A stretch of 59,787 nt of DNA, filler included. It is 5 parts of 5 records of this genome, joined end to end, with 100 filler letters (N's around TTAATTAATTAA, not from the genome) between each part and the next. Parts side by side here need not be neighbours in the genome. Positions count along the whole stretch, not along the records: positions 18,271 to 26,402 come from DRR723986_27199; positions 26,503 to 34,726 come from DRR723986_27207; 3 more parts are not named here. One strand, written 5' to 3'. The position numbers and the translations under genes are program-made. Below, in pieces: positions 18,529 to 28,788 of this stretch (positions are counted from its first letter, which is position 1; every line of letters begins with the position of its first letter). A model generated the notes under the pieces. It did no database searches and had not been told where the DNA came from. It saw only the letters and a list, made by a program, of their open reading frames with translations.

Positions 18529-20193
18529 ATGGACCAGAAGACCGGCGGTGAATTGTTGGTGGAAGCGCTGGAGCGCCACGGGGCAGAGCGCGTTTTCTGT
18601 GTGCCCGGCGAAAGTTACCTTGCCGTGCTTGATGCGCTTTACGATGCGTCGATCCCGGTCACGGTCTGCCGCCAGGAAGGTGGGGCTGCAATGATGGCCG
18701 ATGCCTGGGGCAAGCTCACCGGCAAGCCGGGCGTCTGCATGGTGACCCGCGGTCCCGGGGCTACCAACGCTTCTGCCGGCGTCCACGTGGCGGCGCAGGA
18801 TTCCACGCCGATGATCCTGTTCATCGGACAGATCGAGCGCGGCATGCGCGAGCGTGAAGCCTTTCAGGAAATCGACTACCGCCAGATGTTCGGCGGCATC
18901 GCCAAATGGGTCGCGGAGATCGATCACGCGGATCGTGTGCCGGAGTTCATTTCGCGCGCCTACCATGTCGCCACGTCCGGCCGTCCGGGGCCGGTGGTTC
19001 TGGCGCTTCCGGAAGACATGCTGGTCGAGAAGGCCGATGCCCCGCAGCCGCCTGCGTGGACCCAGGTAGAAACGCATCCGGGCCTCACCCAGATGGCGGA
19101 CCTGCAGAAGCGCCTTTGGGCGGCCGAGCGGCCGATCGCCATTCTGGGCGGCAGCCGCTGGTCGGAAGAGGCCGTCGCCGGCTTTACCCGCTTTGCCGAA
19201 CGTTTCGACCTGCCGGTTGCCTGCTCGTTCCGCCGCCAGATGCTGTTCGACAACCTGCATCCGAACTATGCCGGCGATGTCGGCATCGGTATCAATCCGA
19301 AGCTGCTGGCACGGGTCAAGTCCTCCGATCTGATCCTGCTTGTCGGTGGCCGCTTGTCGGAAATGCCGAGCCAGTCCTATTCGCTGCTCGAAATTCCCTC
19401 TCCCACACAGCAACTGGTGCATGTCCATCCGGACGCCGAGGAACTTGGCCGGGTCTACCGGCCGACGCAGGCAATTCATGCCAGCCCGACTGCCTTCTGC
19501 AAGGCGGCCGAAGGCCTTCAGCCGCCGTCCGAACTGAAAGGCGCAGGCGAAGCGGCCAAGGCCCATCAGGACTATCTGGACTGGTCCGGTGCGCGGCCAC
19601 AGGTACCTGGCAACCTCCAGATGGCTGGCGTCATGGAATGGCTGGAAGCCAACCTGCCGGAAGATGCGGTCTGCACCAATGGTGCCGGCAACTACGCCAC
19701 CTGGCTGCACCGCTTCCACCGGTTCCGTCGCTACGCCACCCAGGCAGCTCCGACGAGCGGCTCCATGGGGTATGGCCTGCCGGCAGCCGTTTCCGCGAAG
19801 CTTGCCTTTCCGAAGCGCGAAGTCGTCTGTTTTGCAGGCGATGGCTGCCTGCAGATGACCATGCAGGAGTTTGGCACCGCCTGTCAGGATGGCGCCAACA
19901 TCATCGTGCTTGTGATCGACAATGGCATGTACGGCACCATCCGCATGCATCAGGAACGCACCTATCCCGGCCGCCCGTCGGCAACCAAGCTGGTCAATCC
20001 GGATTTCGCATCGCTTGCCCGCAGCTATGGTGCCTTCGGTGAGACGGTCGAGACGACAGACGCTTTCGGTCCTGCATACGAACGTGCCCGTGCCGCCGGC
20101 ACACCCGCAATCCTGCATCTGAAGCTGGACCCGGAAGCCATCACCCCGGCCGCCAGCCTCAGCCAGATCCGCGCGGCGGCGCAGGGAAAGTAA
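18529..20193 (+). CDS. Thiamine diphosphate-binding enzyme (acetolactate synthase large-subunit-like superfamily)
   Basis: CVPGESY, RQEGGAAMMA (catalytic Glu), TRGPGATNA, and the GDG...NGMYG ThDP motif. Confidence 0.92.
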   Translation: MDQKTGGELLVEALERHGAERVFCVPGESYLAVLDALYDASIPVTVCRQEGGAAMMADAWGKLTGKPGVCMVTRGPGATNASAGVHVAAQDSTPMILFIGQIERGMREREAFQEIDYRQMFGGIAKWVAEIDHADRVPEFISRAYHVATSGRPGPVVLALPEDMLVEKADAPQPPAWTQVETHPGLTQMADLQKRLWAAERPIAILGGSRWSEEAVAGFTRFAERFDLPVACSFRRQMLFDNLHPNYAGDVGIGINPKLLARVKSSDLILLVGGRLSEMPSQSYSLLEIPSPTQQLVHVHPDAEELGRVYRPTQAIHASPTAFCKAAEGLQPPSELKGAGEAAKAHQDYLDWSGARPQVPGNLQMAGVMEWLEANLPEDAVCTNGAGNYATWLHRFHRFRRYATQAAPTSGSMGYGLPAAVSAKLAFPKREVVCFAGDGCLQMTMQEFGTACQDGANIIVLVIDNGMYGTIRMHQERTYPGRPSATKLVNPDFASLARSYGAFGETVETTDAFGPAYERARAAGTPAILHLKLDPEAITPAASLSQIRAAAQGK

Positions 20194-20266
20194 CAGCTCA
20201 GCCTTGAACGAAAAAAGCACGCCCGTTACCCTGGCGTGCTTTTTCATTTATAGGGGCTTTCGATGC

Positions 20267-21622
20267 CTACCTCAGCACCTGCGGCAGCCACAGGGTGATG
20301 ATCGGAAAACAGACCAGCAGGATTACGCGCAGGATCTCGGCACAGAAGAACGGCGCAACGCCCTTGAAAGTCTCGATCATCGGCGTTTCCCGGTCGAGCG
20401 AGGAGATGACGAAGACATTCATGCCAACCGGTGGCGTGATCAGGCCGAGTTCGACCACGATCAGGGCGAGTACGCCGAACCAGATCTTCAGGTCCTCCGT
20501 GCTCATGCCGAAGCCTGCCCCTTCCGCTCCCTGGTAGATGCCACCGTTGATCTCGACCAGAACCGGCCAGAAGAACGGGATCACCAGCAGGATCATCGAC
20601 AGGCTGTCCATCAGGCAGCCGAGCAGGATGAGCGCGATCAGCAGCAGGATCAGCACCGTCATCGGTTCGAGCCCGGAATTGGCGATCCAGGAAGCGGTTT
20701 CCTGAGGCAGGCCAACGCGGGACATGAAGATCTTGAGGAGTTCCGCTCCAAGGATGATCAGATAGATCATGCCTGAAGTGGACGCGGTTTCCTTGAGCGC
20801 CTGAATGAAGTCGTGGCCGGACAGCTTGCGCTGCAACAGCCCGAACAGCAGGACCAGAAAAACGCCGACGGCGGCTGCCGGTGTCGGGTTGAAGAACCCG
20901 AAGTAGATGCCGCCGATGACCAGCCCGAAGATGATCAGCACCGGGATCATGCCGGCAGTCGCCTCCAGGAATTCCTTGCGGTCGGCAACACCTCCCTTGG
21001 GCCCGGCTTCCGGCTTGATGGTGACATAGAGGGCGATGGTCAGAAGGAAGAGAACCACTGCCAGCAGGCCTGGCAGAAATGCTGCCATGAACATGGTGAC
21101 GATGTTTGCTTCCACGATGATGGCATAGATGATCAGGACGACCGAGGGCGGGATCAGGATGCCGAGCACGCCGCCCGCGGCGAGCGTTCCCGTCGCCAGC
21201 GCACCGGAATAATTGTAGCGCTTGAGTTCCGGCAGGGCGACCTTGCCCATGGTGGAGGCGGTTGCAAGCGACGAGCCGCAGACCGCACCGAACCCGGCGC
21301 AGCCGGCGATGGCCGCCATGGCGGTACCGCCACGCAGCCAGCCGAGCCAGGCATTCGCCCCCCGGAACAAAGCCTGGCTCAGGCCGGTTTTCGAGGCGAT
21401 CGCCCCCATCAGGACGAACATCGGCACGACGGAAAGGTCGTAGATGGAGAACTGGCCGTAGGCGAGGGTCTTCAGCTGGCTGAGGACGAGGGCGGGGCCG
21501 TTCAGCATCATGGTGCCGACACCGCCGACAAGGATCATCGCATAGGCAATGGGCATGCGGATCGCGATCAGGGCGATCAGCACCACGAGAGCGCCAAGCC
21601 CGAGGACAAGTGCGTCCGTCAT
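20267..21622 (-). CDS. dctM: TRAP transporter large permease (DctM)
   Basis: Very hydrophobic; GSSLATA, GILIPPS and GLITPPVGMNVFV motifs. Confidence 0.93.
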   Translation of the reverse strand: MTDALVLGLGALVVLIALIAIRMPIAYAMILVGGVGTMMLNGPALVLSQLKTLAYGQFSIYDLSVVPMFVLMGAIASKTGLSQALFRGANAWLGWLRGGTAMAAIAGCAGFGAVCGSSLATASTMGKVALPELKRYNYSGALATGTLAAGGVLGILIPPSVVLIIYAIIVEANIVTMFMAAFLPGLLAVVLFLLTIALYVTIKPEAGPKGGVADRKEFLEATAGMIPVLIIFGLVIGGIYFGFFNPTPAAAVGVFLVLLFGLLQRKLSGHDFIQALKETASTSGMIYLIILGAELLKIFMSRVGLPQETASWIANSGLEPMTVLILLLIALILLGCLMDSLSMILLVIPFFWPVLVEINGGIYQGAEGAGFGMSTEDLKIWFGVLALIVVELGLITPPVGMNVFVISSLDRETPMIETFKGVAPFFCAEILRVILLVCFPIITLWLPQVLR

Positions 21623-21623
21623 T

Positions 21624-22139
21624 CTAGTGGTGTCCTCTCGACAGCGCGGTCATGTCCTGCAGCAGCGTGACCAGCGCGGCCAGTGCCAGCAGCGCAAGCG
21701 ATATCAGGATCGGCACGAAGGCCATCCAGTGCGGGATCTGCAGGATGGTGGTGGTGTAGTCGTAGTCCTTCTGGTCCAGCATTCCGTAATACATGCGCCA
21801 GATCAGCAGCAGCGCGAACACAAGGGCAACCAGTGACCCGAGCAGGGTGAAGAAGGCAATCACCCGTCTGGACGCGCCCGCGGTGAAGATGTCTGCCGAG
21901 ACGTTTGCACCGACCAACTGGCAATAGGGCAGGAACGCGAAGACCGCGATGGCCACGCCCATTTCGGTCAGCTCGAAATCGCCCGGAAAGGGTGTGCCGA
22001 AAACAGAGCCAATGATCGACAGCATGTTGACAGCGACGACCAGCAACAGCACGCCGCCGCCAAGCAGGGCCCAGAGCGTAATCAGGCGGCTGGCAGCCCC
22101 GGTGAACCCGGAGCTGCTGGCTTTGAGAGTGTTCGACAT
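21624..22139 (-). CDS. dctQ: TRAP transporter small permease (DctQ)
   Basis: Four TM segments with a PFPGDFELTE motif; lies between dctP and dctM. Confidence 0.88.
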   Translation of the reverse strand: MSNTLKASSSGFTGAASRLITLWALLGGGVLLLVVAVNMLSIIGSVFGTPFPGDFELTEMGVAIAVFAFLPYCQLVGANVSADIFTAGASRRVIAFFTLLGSLVALVFALLLIWRMYYGMLDQKDYDYTTTILQIPHWMAFVPILISLALLALAALVTLLQDMTALSRGHH

Positions 22140-23173
22140 CAGTTGGCCGAGTGGCTGGCCACCGCTGCGCGGGCCTTTTCAATCAGCGCGGCACCGTCGA
22201 TACCCTTTGCGGAGACTTCCTCGACCCAGCGGTCGGCAACGGGTGCCAGTGCCTGACGGAAAGCTTCGGTCTCTTCCTCGGTCAAGGTGATGTGCGTGTT
22301 GCCCGCCTTGGTGGCCAGACCGATCCCGAAATCATCCGATGCAGCCCAGATTTCGCCAACCTTCACGATCCACTCGGGACCGGAAGCATCACGAAAGGCC
22401 TTCTGAATGTCTTCCGGCAGACCATTCCAGCGTTCCTGGTTCATGGAAACCTGGAAGGTGGTGGTGCCGAAACGCTCCTTGTCGACGCCTTCGATCTGGT
22501 ACTCGGTCTGCTCCTGGATCTTCAGCGGCGGAATGATTTCCCAAGGAATGAAAGCGCCGTCGATAACACCCTTCTGCAGCGCAGGCGGCAGTTCCGGAAC
22601 CGGCATGGCGACCGGCGAAGCGCCGAGTGCCTCGATCACCCAGGCACCTGTTCGGGTCGGGATGCGGATCTTCTTGCCGGCGAGGTCTGCCGGGGAGTGA
22701 ACTTCTGTGTCGCGCATGTGAATGGCCTGGCCGGCATGCACATGCAGGAACATTACTTCAACGCCCTTGTACTCGTCCTTCAGGTCCGTTTCGTACAGAT
22801 CCATCAGCGCCTGGTTTGTGGCCGCCGGATCGTTGGTGTGAATGCCCGGAAGTTCGAACACCTCGGTGCGCGGGAAGAGGCCAGGCGTATAGCCGTTCAC
22901 GGTCCAGACCAGATCGACCACGCCGTCACGCACCTGGTTGATCAGTTCGGGCGGACGGCCGCCAAGCGTCATGGCCGGATAGATTTCGATATGGACCTTG
23001 CCACCGGAATTTTCTTCCACCTGCTTGGCCCACGGCACCAGCATCTGCGTGTGCGCAGGGGCTTTCTCGCCCAGAAAGTGGTGCAGCTTGAATTCGTAAT
23101 CGGCCGCGGCTGCGGACGATGCGCCGGCGGCGATCATGGCAGCGGCCAGAAACGCGTTCTTGAGAATGCTCAT
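22139..23173 (-). CDS. dctP: TRAP transporter substrate-binding protein (DctP)
   Basis: Signal peptide; IEIYPAMTLGG, DLAGKKIR and ALQKGVIDG motifs. GGAG before ATG 23173; TGATG coupling to dctQ. Confidence 0.92.
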   Translation of the reverse strand: MSILKNAFLAAAMIAAGASSAAAADYEFKLHHFLGEKAPAHTQMLVPWAKQVEENSGGKVHIEIYPAMTLGGRPPELINQVRDGVVDLVWTVNGYTPGLFPRTEVFELPGIHTNDPAATNQALMDLYETDLKDEYKGVEVMFLHVHAGQAIHMRDTEVHSPADLAGKKIRIPTRTGAWVIEALGASPVAMPVPELPPALQKGVIDGAFIPWEIIPPLKIQEQTEYQIEGVDKERFGTTTFQVSMNQERWNGLPEDIQKAFRDASGPEWIVKVGEIWAASDDFGIGLATKAGNTHITLTEEETEAFRQALAPVADRWVEEVSAKGIDGAALIEKARAAVASHSAN

Positions 23174-23557
23174 GTTGTCTCCTCCCATCGGAAGCTCTTG
23201 ACGACTCCCGGTCTGTAACTTGCTGGCCAACCTTCAATGTGTGCGATCGTGGAACGCCCTTCAACGAAGTCGGAAGACCTTTCGGGCACACCTCTTGCAG
23301 ATTTGCGGCCAGCAGGGAACGTAGCTCCGCGATCATCTTCACTAATTAGTTTGGTAATGTAAAATGAGATAATAGCCATTATACTTTCCAATTTTGGAAA
23401 GAAAATTCCTTGTTCCCATTGCCGTTTTTTATCGTCTAGGGTGCGCGTCAAAGCAGATGCGAAGGCGGCGGTTCGCGGAGGGGCTCCTCTCCCGCAAGAG
23501 ACTGAATTACCTCGCAATTTCTGCATTCTGCATCCAAAAGGAACATGGGAGGACGGC

Positions 23558-25273
23558 ATGGCCGACAGGATGGACAGCACCACGATAACCGCGGGTGGAG
23601 CAGTGTTCGGCAAGTTGAAGGCGCTCGGTGTCGACTATGTCTTCGCAAATTCCGGCACAGATTTTCCACCGATCATCGAGGGACTGATCGAGGCAACGCA
23701 GAACGGGCTCGACCTTCCGGTGCCGATCACGGTGCCGCACGAACATGTTGCCGTCGGTATGGCACACGGCTTTTACCAGATCTCAGGCAGGATCCAGTCC
23801 GTCATGCTGCACACCAACGTGGGGCTCTCCAACGGCATTACCGGCGCCATCAACGCCTGGTGCGATCAGATCCCCGTACTGATGATGTCCGGTCGCACGC
23901 CGGTGATGGAAGCCGGCCGCTTTGGCGCGCGCACGGTGCCGATCGGCTGGGGACAGGAAATGTTCGACCAGACCGCGCTGATCCGCGAAGTCACCAAGTG
24001 GGACTACGAGTTGCGTTTTCCCGAGCAGATCGCGGATCTCTTCGACCGGGGCTGGGCGATTGCCAATTCCACGCCCAAGGGCCCCGTCTATCTCAGCCTG
24101 CCGCGTGAAGTTCTGTGCGAGCAAACTCCGCCGGACGGCCTCGATACCCCGTCGAAACAGGCACCGGTCATCGCAGCGCCGGAACCCTCGTCCCTGAAAC
24201 GGGCAGCAGATCTGCTGGCGCAGGCCAAAAGCCCGCTGATCATCAGTCAGCGAGGAGCCGGATCGGAAGAAGCCTTTGCAGCCCTCGGACGGTTCCTGAC
24301 GGACTGGGCCCTGCCGCTGTCGCACTATTGGGCAAACCAGCTTTCCGTGCCCCTGTCGCACCCGATGCAGGTCGGTGCGTCGCCGGAAGCCCTGCTTGCC
24401 GAGGCGGACGTGGTGCTGGTGATGAACTCTTTGGCGCCCTGGTGGCCGGACAAGGTCGCCCTTCGCGATGATGTCACCGTGATCCAGCTCGGGCCGGATC
24501 CCCTGTTCACCCGCACGCCGATCCGCAACTTCCAGGCGGATGTGACCCTGGCAGGAGAAACCGCGCAAACGCTGCTGGCGCTGATTGCCGAAATGCAGAG
24601 CCGTCCGCGTGACGAAGCCGTTTTGAATGCCCGCAGACATCGTATTGCCGAACTGTCGTCCGCCAATCGTGCGGAGGTTGTCGCCCGGGCCAAGCGCGGC
24701 AATGCCGGCCCGATGAGCAAGGACTGGGTCAGTCTTTGCCTTGGCCGCGCCATCAAGGGGCGGAAGGCCACAATCTTCCATGAGCTTGGTTGTCCGCTCG
24801 AGCCGCTCGACCTGGAGCAGCCGAACAGCTACTTCCAGGAACCTCATTCCGGGGGGCTTGGATGGGGTCTCGCGGCGGCTCTTGGCGCACAGCTTGCCGA
24901 CCGCGACCGTCTGATTTTCGCAACCATCGGCGACGGCAGCTACATGTTTGCCAACCCGACGGCCTGCCACATGGTTGCCGAGGCGCATGAGTTGCCGGTG
25001 ATCACGCTTGTGCTGAACAACGAGGAGTGGGGCGCGGTGCGTCACTCGGTGGTGGGCACTTACAAGGATGGTCTTGCCAGCAAGGCCAACGATGTGCCGC
25101 TGACGTCCCTTCGGCCAAGCCCGGATTTCACCAGAACCGCGGAGGCCAGCCGCGCCTACACCGAAACGGTGACGGAAGGCGACGCGCTGCCGGCAGCGCT
25201 GGAACGTGCCATCAAGGTAGCGACGGAGGAAAAGCGGCAAGTTCTGCTCAACATCGCCATCGCGCGGGCTTGA
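23558..25273 (+). CDS. Thiamine diphosphate-requiring enzyme (decarboxylase/ALS-like, second subfamily)
   Basis: FANSGTDFPPIIE, VPHEHVAVGMAHG (catalytic Glu), and the IGDGSYMF...LNNEEWG motif; GGAGG before ATG 23558. Confidence 0.9.
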   Translation: MADRMDSTTITAGGAVFGKLKALGVDYVFANSGTDFPPIIEGLIEATQNGLDLPVPITVPHEHVAVGMAHGFYQISGRIQSVMLHTNVGLSNGITGAINAWCDQIPVLMMSGRTPVMEAGRFGARTVPIGWGQEMFDQTALIREVTKWDYELRFPEQIADLFDRGWAIANSTPKGPVYLSLPREVLCEQTPPDGLDTPSKQAPVIAAPEPSSLKRAADLLAQAKSPLIISQRGAGSEEAFAALGRFLTDWALPLSHYWANQLSVPLSHPMQVGASPEALLAEADVVLVMNSLAPWWPDKVALRDDVTVIQLGPDPLFTRTPIRNFQADVTLAGETAQTLLALIAEMQSRPRDEAVLNARRHRIAELSSANRAEVVARAKRGNAGPMSKDWVSLCLGRAIKGRKATIFHELGCPLEPLDLEQPNSYFQEPHSGGLGWGLAAALGAQLADRDRLIFATIGDGSYMFANPTACHMVAEAHELPVITLVLNNEEWGAVRHSVVGTYKDGLASKANDVPLTSLRPSPDFTRTAEASRAYTETVTEGDALPAALERAIKVATEEKRQVLLNIAIARA

Positions 25274-25425
25274 GGCGCGGGTTCAATTGATCGGAAGAAT
25301 AAGAAAATCAAGGGACGATTATCTTGTTTTTCCGAAAGGAGCTCTTCGGACATGCCCCGTGGTCCGGCTTCGAAAGGCAGGTCATAGTTCTCGGTAACTG
25401 GTTTTGTTGAAGAAGAAGGTTGGCC

Positions 25426-26313
25426 GTGTCCCAGTCCATGCCCCCAAGATCCTATTACGCGCCGACCGGCGGTCATCCCGGTCAGGAAACACTCCTGACA
25501 GACCGGGCTGTCTTTACCGATGCCTATGCGGTCATCCCGAAAGGCACCATGCGTGACATCGTCACCAGCTATCTGCCGTTCTGGGACAAGACCCGCCTGT
25601 GGGTGCTGTCGCGCCCATTGTCAGGTTTTGCCGAAACCTTCTCTCAATACATCGTTGAGGTGTCGCCGGGTGGCGGCTCTGACCGGCCGGAGACAGACCC
25701 TTCTGCCGAAGGCGTGCTGTTCGTTGTCGAAGGCGAAGCTGTTCTGACAGCCGACGGACAGCGATACGACCTGAGGCCCGGAAGTTATGCCTTCCTGCCG
25801 CCGCAAACCGACTGGAGCCTGAAGAACACAGGCAGTGAACCGGTGCGGTTCCACTGGGTCCGCAAGGCGTTCGAGCCTGTTGAGGGCCTGGAGCGACCGA
25901 CACTTTTCGTCACCCACGAAAACGACATCGAACCGCGGGCAATGCCCGGCACGGACGGCAAATGGGCGACGACCCGCTTCGTCGATCCGGAAGACGTGCG
26001 CCACGACATGCACGTCAACATCGTCACCTTCCAGCCGGGTGCCGTCATCCCGTTCGCGGAAACCCATGTGATGGAACACGGGCTTTATGTCCTGGAAGGC
26101 AAGGCGGTCTATCGCCTCAACCAGGACTGGGTCGAGGTGGAAGCCGGCGACTATATGTGGCTGCGCGCGTTCTGCCCGCAGGCCTGCTATGCCGGTGGCC
26201 CGGGCCCGTTCCGCTACCTCCTCTACAAGGACGTCAACCGCCACATGAAGCTGCAGGCGGCAGGCCGTTTCGAGGCCGGTGCCCGGCAGAGCTTCCGCAG
26301 CGCGGCGGAGTAA
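25426..26313 (+). CDS. allE: (S)-ureidoglycine aminohydrolase (bicupin, AllE/YlbA family)
   Basis: Two cupin domains; HDMHVNIVTFQPG, ETHVMEHGLYVLEG and YLLYKDVNRH motifs. Start is either GTG 25426 or ATG 25438. Confidence 0.88.
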   Translation: MSQSMPPRSYYAPTGGHPGQETLLTDRAVFTDAYAVIPKGTMRDIVTSYLPFWDKTRLWVLSRPLSGFAETFSQYIVEVSPGGGSDRPETDPSAEGVLFVVEGEAVLTADGQRYDLRPGSYAFLPPQTDWSLKNTGSEPVRFHWVRKAFEPVEGLERPTLFVTHENDIEPRAMPGTDGKWATTRFVDPEDVRHDMHVNIVTFQPGAVIPFAETHVMEHGLYVLEGKAVYRLNQDWVEVEAGDYMWLRAFCPQACYAGGPGPFRYLLYKDVNRHMKLQAAGRFEAGARQSFRSAAE

Positions 26314-26339
26314 AGAGAAAAGCCCCTTCCTCCTTGCCC

Positions 26340-26382
26340 CCTCATCCTGAGGAGCCGCTTCAGCGGCGTCTAGAAGGATGGG
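26340..26382 (+). repeat. Third copy of the alphaproteobacterial REP-like repeat
   Basis: CCTCATCCTGAGGAGCCGCTTCAGCGGCGTCTAGAAGGATGGG: same flanks as 18347-18389 with a different internal hairpin. Confidence 0.8.
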
Positions 26383-26402
26383 CGGCATACTCCGGAACAA
26401 GC

Positions 26403-26502
26403 NNNNNNNNNNNNNNNNNNNNNNNNNNNNNNNNNNNNNNNNNNNNTTAATTAATTAANNNNNNNNNNNNNNNNNNNNNNNNNNNNNNNNNNNNNNNNNN
26501 NN
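26403..26502. other. Artificial contig linker
   Basis: N44-TTAATTAATTAA-N44. Confidence 0.99.
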
Positions 26503-26520
26503 CTCGTTTCTCTCTCTCTT

Positions 26521-26648
26521 GCATCTCAGGCTTTTTGAGCTTTTTGTTTGGCGCTGAGTGACAACTGAAAAACTTCTCAGTCGCCTCTCGAATACTAACA
26601 AGAGAATTCAAAAAGCAAGCAGATCACCGTAGGTGGCGGCGCTGCAAA
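26521..26648 (+). repeat. Palindromic intergenic repeat, copy 1
   Basis: GCATCTCAG, then an imperfect palindrome at 26530-26616 (GCTTTTTGA...TCAAAAAGC), then AAGCAGATCACCGTAGGTGGCGGCGCTGCAA. Aligns with 31547-31673. Confidence 0.8.
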
Positions 26649-26841
26649 TTTGCAGTCGTAACCGAACTCTCGAACCCGCTGGGCTTCGTCCCCTGAAGCC
26701 GGTTTAAGGAAACTACTATGATCTTCTACGAGCTCGCCCTATTTTTTTTGGCCAGGTGTTTATCAGAAATCGGAATGAAATCGTCTACGTATTCTTGATC
26801 TTGCTTTTTGTGCGAATCAGTGTAGACACCAGGCCTGAACC

Positions 26842-28563
26842 ATGCTCCAAGAAACTGCGCTCACAATCTTAAAATCCGGTGCGAATGTCTTTCTGACCGG
26901 ATCGGCCGGCACCGGCAAGACTTACGTGCTCAATCAGTATATCCAGTATTTACAGGAACGCTCGGTTCCCCTGGCACTCACCGCGTCAACCGGGATTGCC
27001 GCGACGCACATCGGCGGACAGACAATTCACTCCTGGTCTGGTTTGGGAATCAAGGAGTGGGTGACTGGGCAAGATTTGGAGACTATGTCGCGCAAAAAAC
27101 CATTGCGCAAACGACTGGAAAAAGCCAAGGTGCTCATCATCGATGAGATATCAATGTTGTCAAAACAAACATTAACAAACATCGATACGATTCTGCGGCA
27201 TTTCAAGAGCAGTTTCGAAGCCTTTGGCGGTGTCCAGGTTGTGTTTGCCGGCGACTTTTTTCAATTGCCACCGGTTTCACGCGAGCGCATCGCCAATCAC
27301 GAAAAATTCGCCTTTATGGCACCGGCCTGGGCAAAATCCGCCTTACAAGTCTGTTATCTAACCCAACAGTTTCGCCAACGCGACGATGATCTCGCCAGTT
27401 TTCTAAATGAGATTCGCTCCGGAGAGATTTCTGCCGGCGCCCGTGAACGCCTGCGCGAATGTCTCGAGCAGTCTGCGGAACAGGAGTCCTTTGGCATCAA
27501 ACTCTACACGCATAATGCGGATGTGGATCGCATCAATGCGCAGAAACTGGAGGAATTGTCGACGCCGGCGCAGACGTTCGAAGCCGAGACTTCCGGGAAT
27601 AAGATGGCCGTGGCGGCGCTCAAAAAATCTGTTTTGGTGTCGGAAACAGTGACTCTAAAAGAAGGCGCCCAGGTAATCTTCGTTAAAAATAATTACGAAA
27701 TGGGTTACTCCAATGGCACGATGGGAACAGTCACGGGATTTTCGCCTGACGGCCTGCCGGTTGTTAAGACCAGCGATAACCGCAAGTTGGTGGTCGGCCC
27801 TGAGGACTGGAAAATACAGGAGGAAATGGGCGAACCCGTCGCTTCCTATTCCCAAATTCCCCTGCGCCTGGCCTGGGCAATTACGGTGCACAAGAGTCAG
27901 GGTATGACGCTCGACCGTGCGGAGATGGACCTGTCCAAAACCTTTGAATCCGGCCAGGGTTATGTGGCTTTGTCGCGTGTTACCTCGTGGTCGGGCCTGC
28001 GCCTCTTAGGTTGTAATCAGACGGCCCTGCAGCTGGACTCTTTAGCGATGAAAGCCGACCGCCGCTTTCAGGAACTGTCGGCCGAAAATGAGGCGGCGAC
28101 AAAAGCTCTGAACGAATCAGAGATTCAAAACAACAGCATTAGATTTATCATATCCTGTGGTGGAACAACCAATCCGCAGGCAATTGAAGCCCAGCAGCGC
28201 AAGTTATCTCAGCCGGCTGCGATAGAAAAAAAGATCTCGACCTATGAAAAAACTAAACAGTTAATCGAGCTGGGAATGAACATGGGAGAAGTTGTTAAGT
28301 CGCGCGACCTGAGCGAAGGCACCATCATTGGGCATTTAGAAAAGTTAAAACAACAGCATCCGGAGCTGGACGTATCGCGATTTAAACCAGATCCGGCAAA
28401 ATTAGCGGAAATGCTCGCGGGGTTTGCGGCTGTACAAAAACAAGGCAAACCAGAACATCTACACAGCGATGGAAAAGTTAGATTACGACCTGTCTTCGAG
28501 GCCTTGGAAGGAGCGTATCCTTACCAGGAATTGAAATTGGCGCGCATTTTTGTTGATGATTAG
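26842..28563 (+). CDS. Pif1-family SF1B DNA helicase with C-terminal helix-turn-helix domain
   Basis: Walker A GSAGTGKT, IIDEISM, GDFFQLPPV, PLRLAWAITVHKSQGMTL and YVALSRV motifs; C-terminal STYEKTKQL...RDLSEGTIIGHL HTH. Confidence 0.9.
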   Translation: MLQETALTILKSGANVFLTGSAGTGKTYVLNQYIQYLQERSVPLALTASTGIAATHIGGQTIHSWSGLGIKEWVTGQDLETMSRKKPLRKRLEKAKVLIIDEISMLSKQTLTNIDTILRHFKSSFEAFGGVQVVFAGDFFQLPPVSRERIANHEKFAFMAPAWAKSALQVCYLTQQFRQRDDDLASFLNEIRSGEISAGARERLRECLEQSAEQESFGIKLYTHNADVDRINAQKLEELSTPAQTFEAETSGNKMAVAALKKSVLVSETVTLKEGAQVIFVKNNYEMGYSNGTMGTVTGFSPDGLPVVKTSDNRKLVVGPEDWKIQEEMGEPVASYSQIPLRLAWAITVHKSQGMTLDRAEMDLSKTFESGQGYVALSRVTSWSGLRLLGCNQTALQLDSLAMKADRRFQELSAENEAATKALNESEIQNNSIRFIISCGGTTNPQAIEAQQRKLSQPAAIEKKISTYEKTKQLIELGMNMGEVVKSRDLSEGTIIGHLEKLKQQHPELDVSRFKPDPAKLAEMLAGFAAVQKQGKPEHLHSDGKVRLRPVFEALEGAYPYQELKLARIFVDD

Positions 28564-28788
28564 GGTTAATGAATTTAATATCGTTTTGGCGGAGCACTTC
28601 TGCACACACACTACTATTGTTTATAGATTACGCAGAAAAAGAGCCTCGAACGCGAAAATAAACACCCGACCGGTATGGTGTTCCCCAAAAACTCAATCAA
28701 AGCTAAAATCGGTCATTCCCAATAAATCATACAGTTGTTCACGCAATAGCTAACAAAATTTTCAACGTCAATCACAGGCAACCCACTC

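Noticed and set aside
18487..20247. 586-aa minus-strand ORF, and similar long antisense ORFs (20813-21670, 22151-23218, 23783-25240, 32164-33432, 11773-12540)
   Set aside because: Shadow frames opposite well-supported genes in GC-rich, codon-biased DNA; no recognisable motifs.
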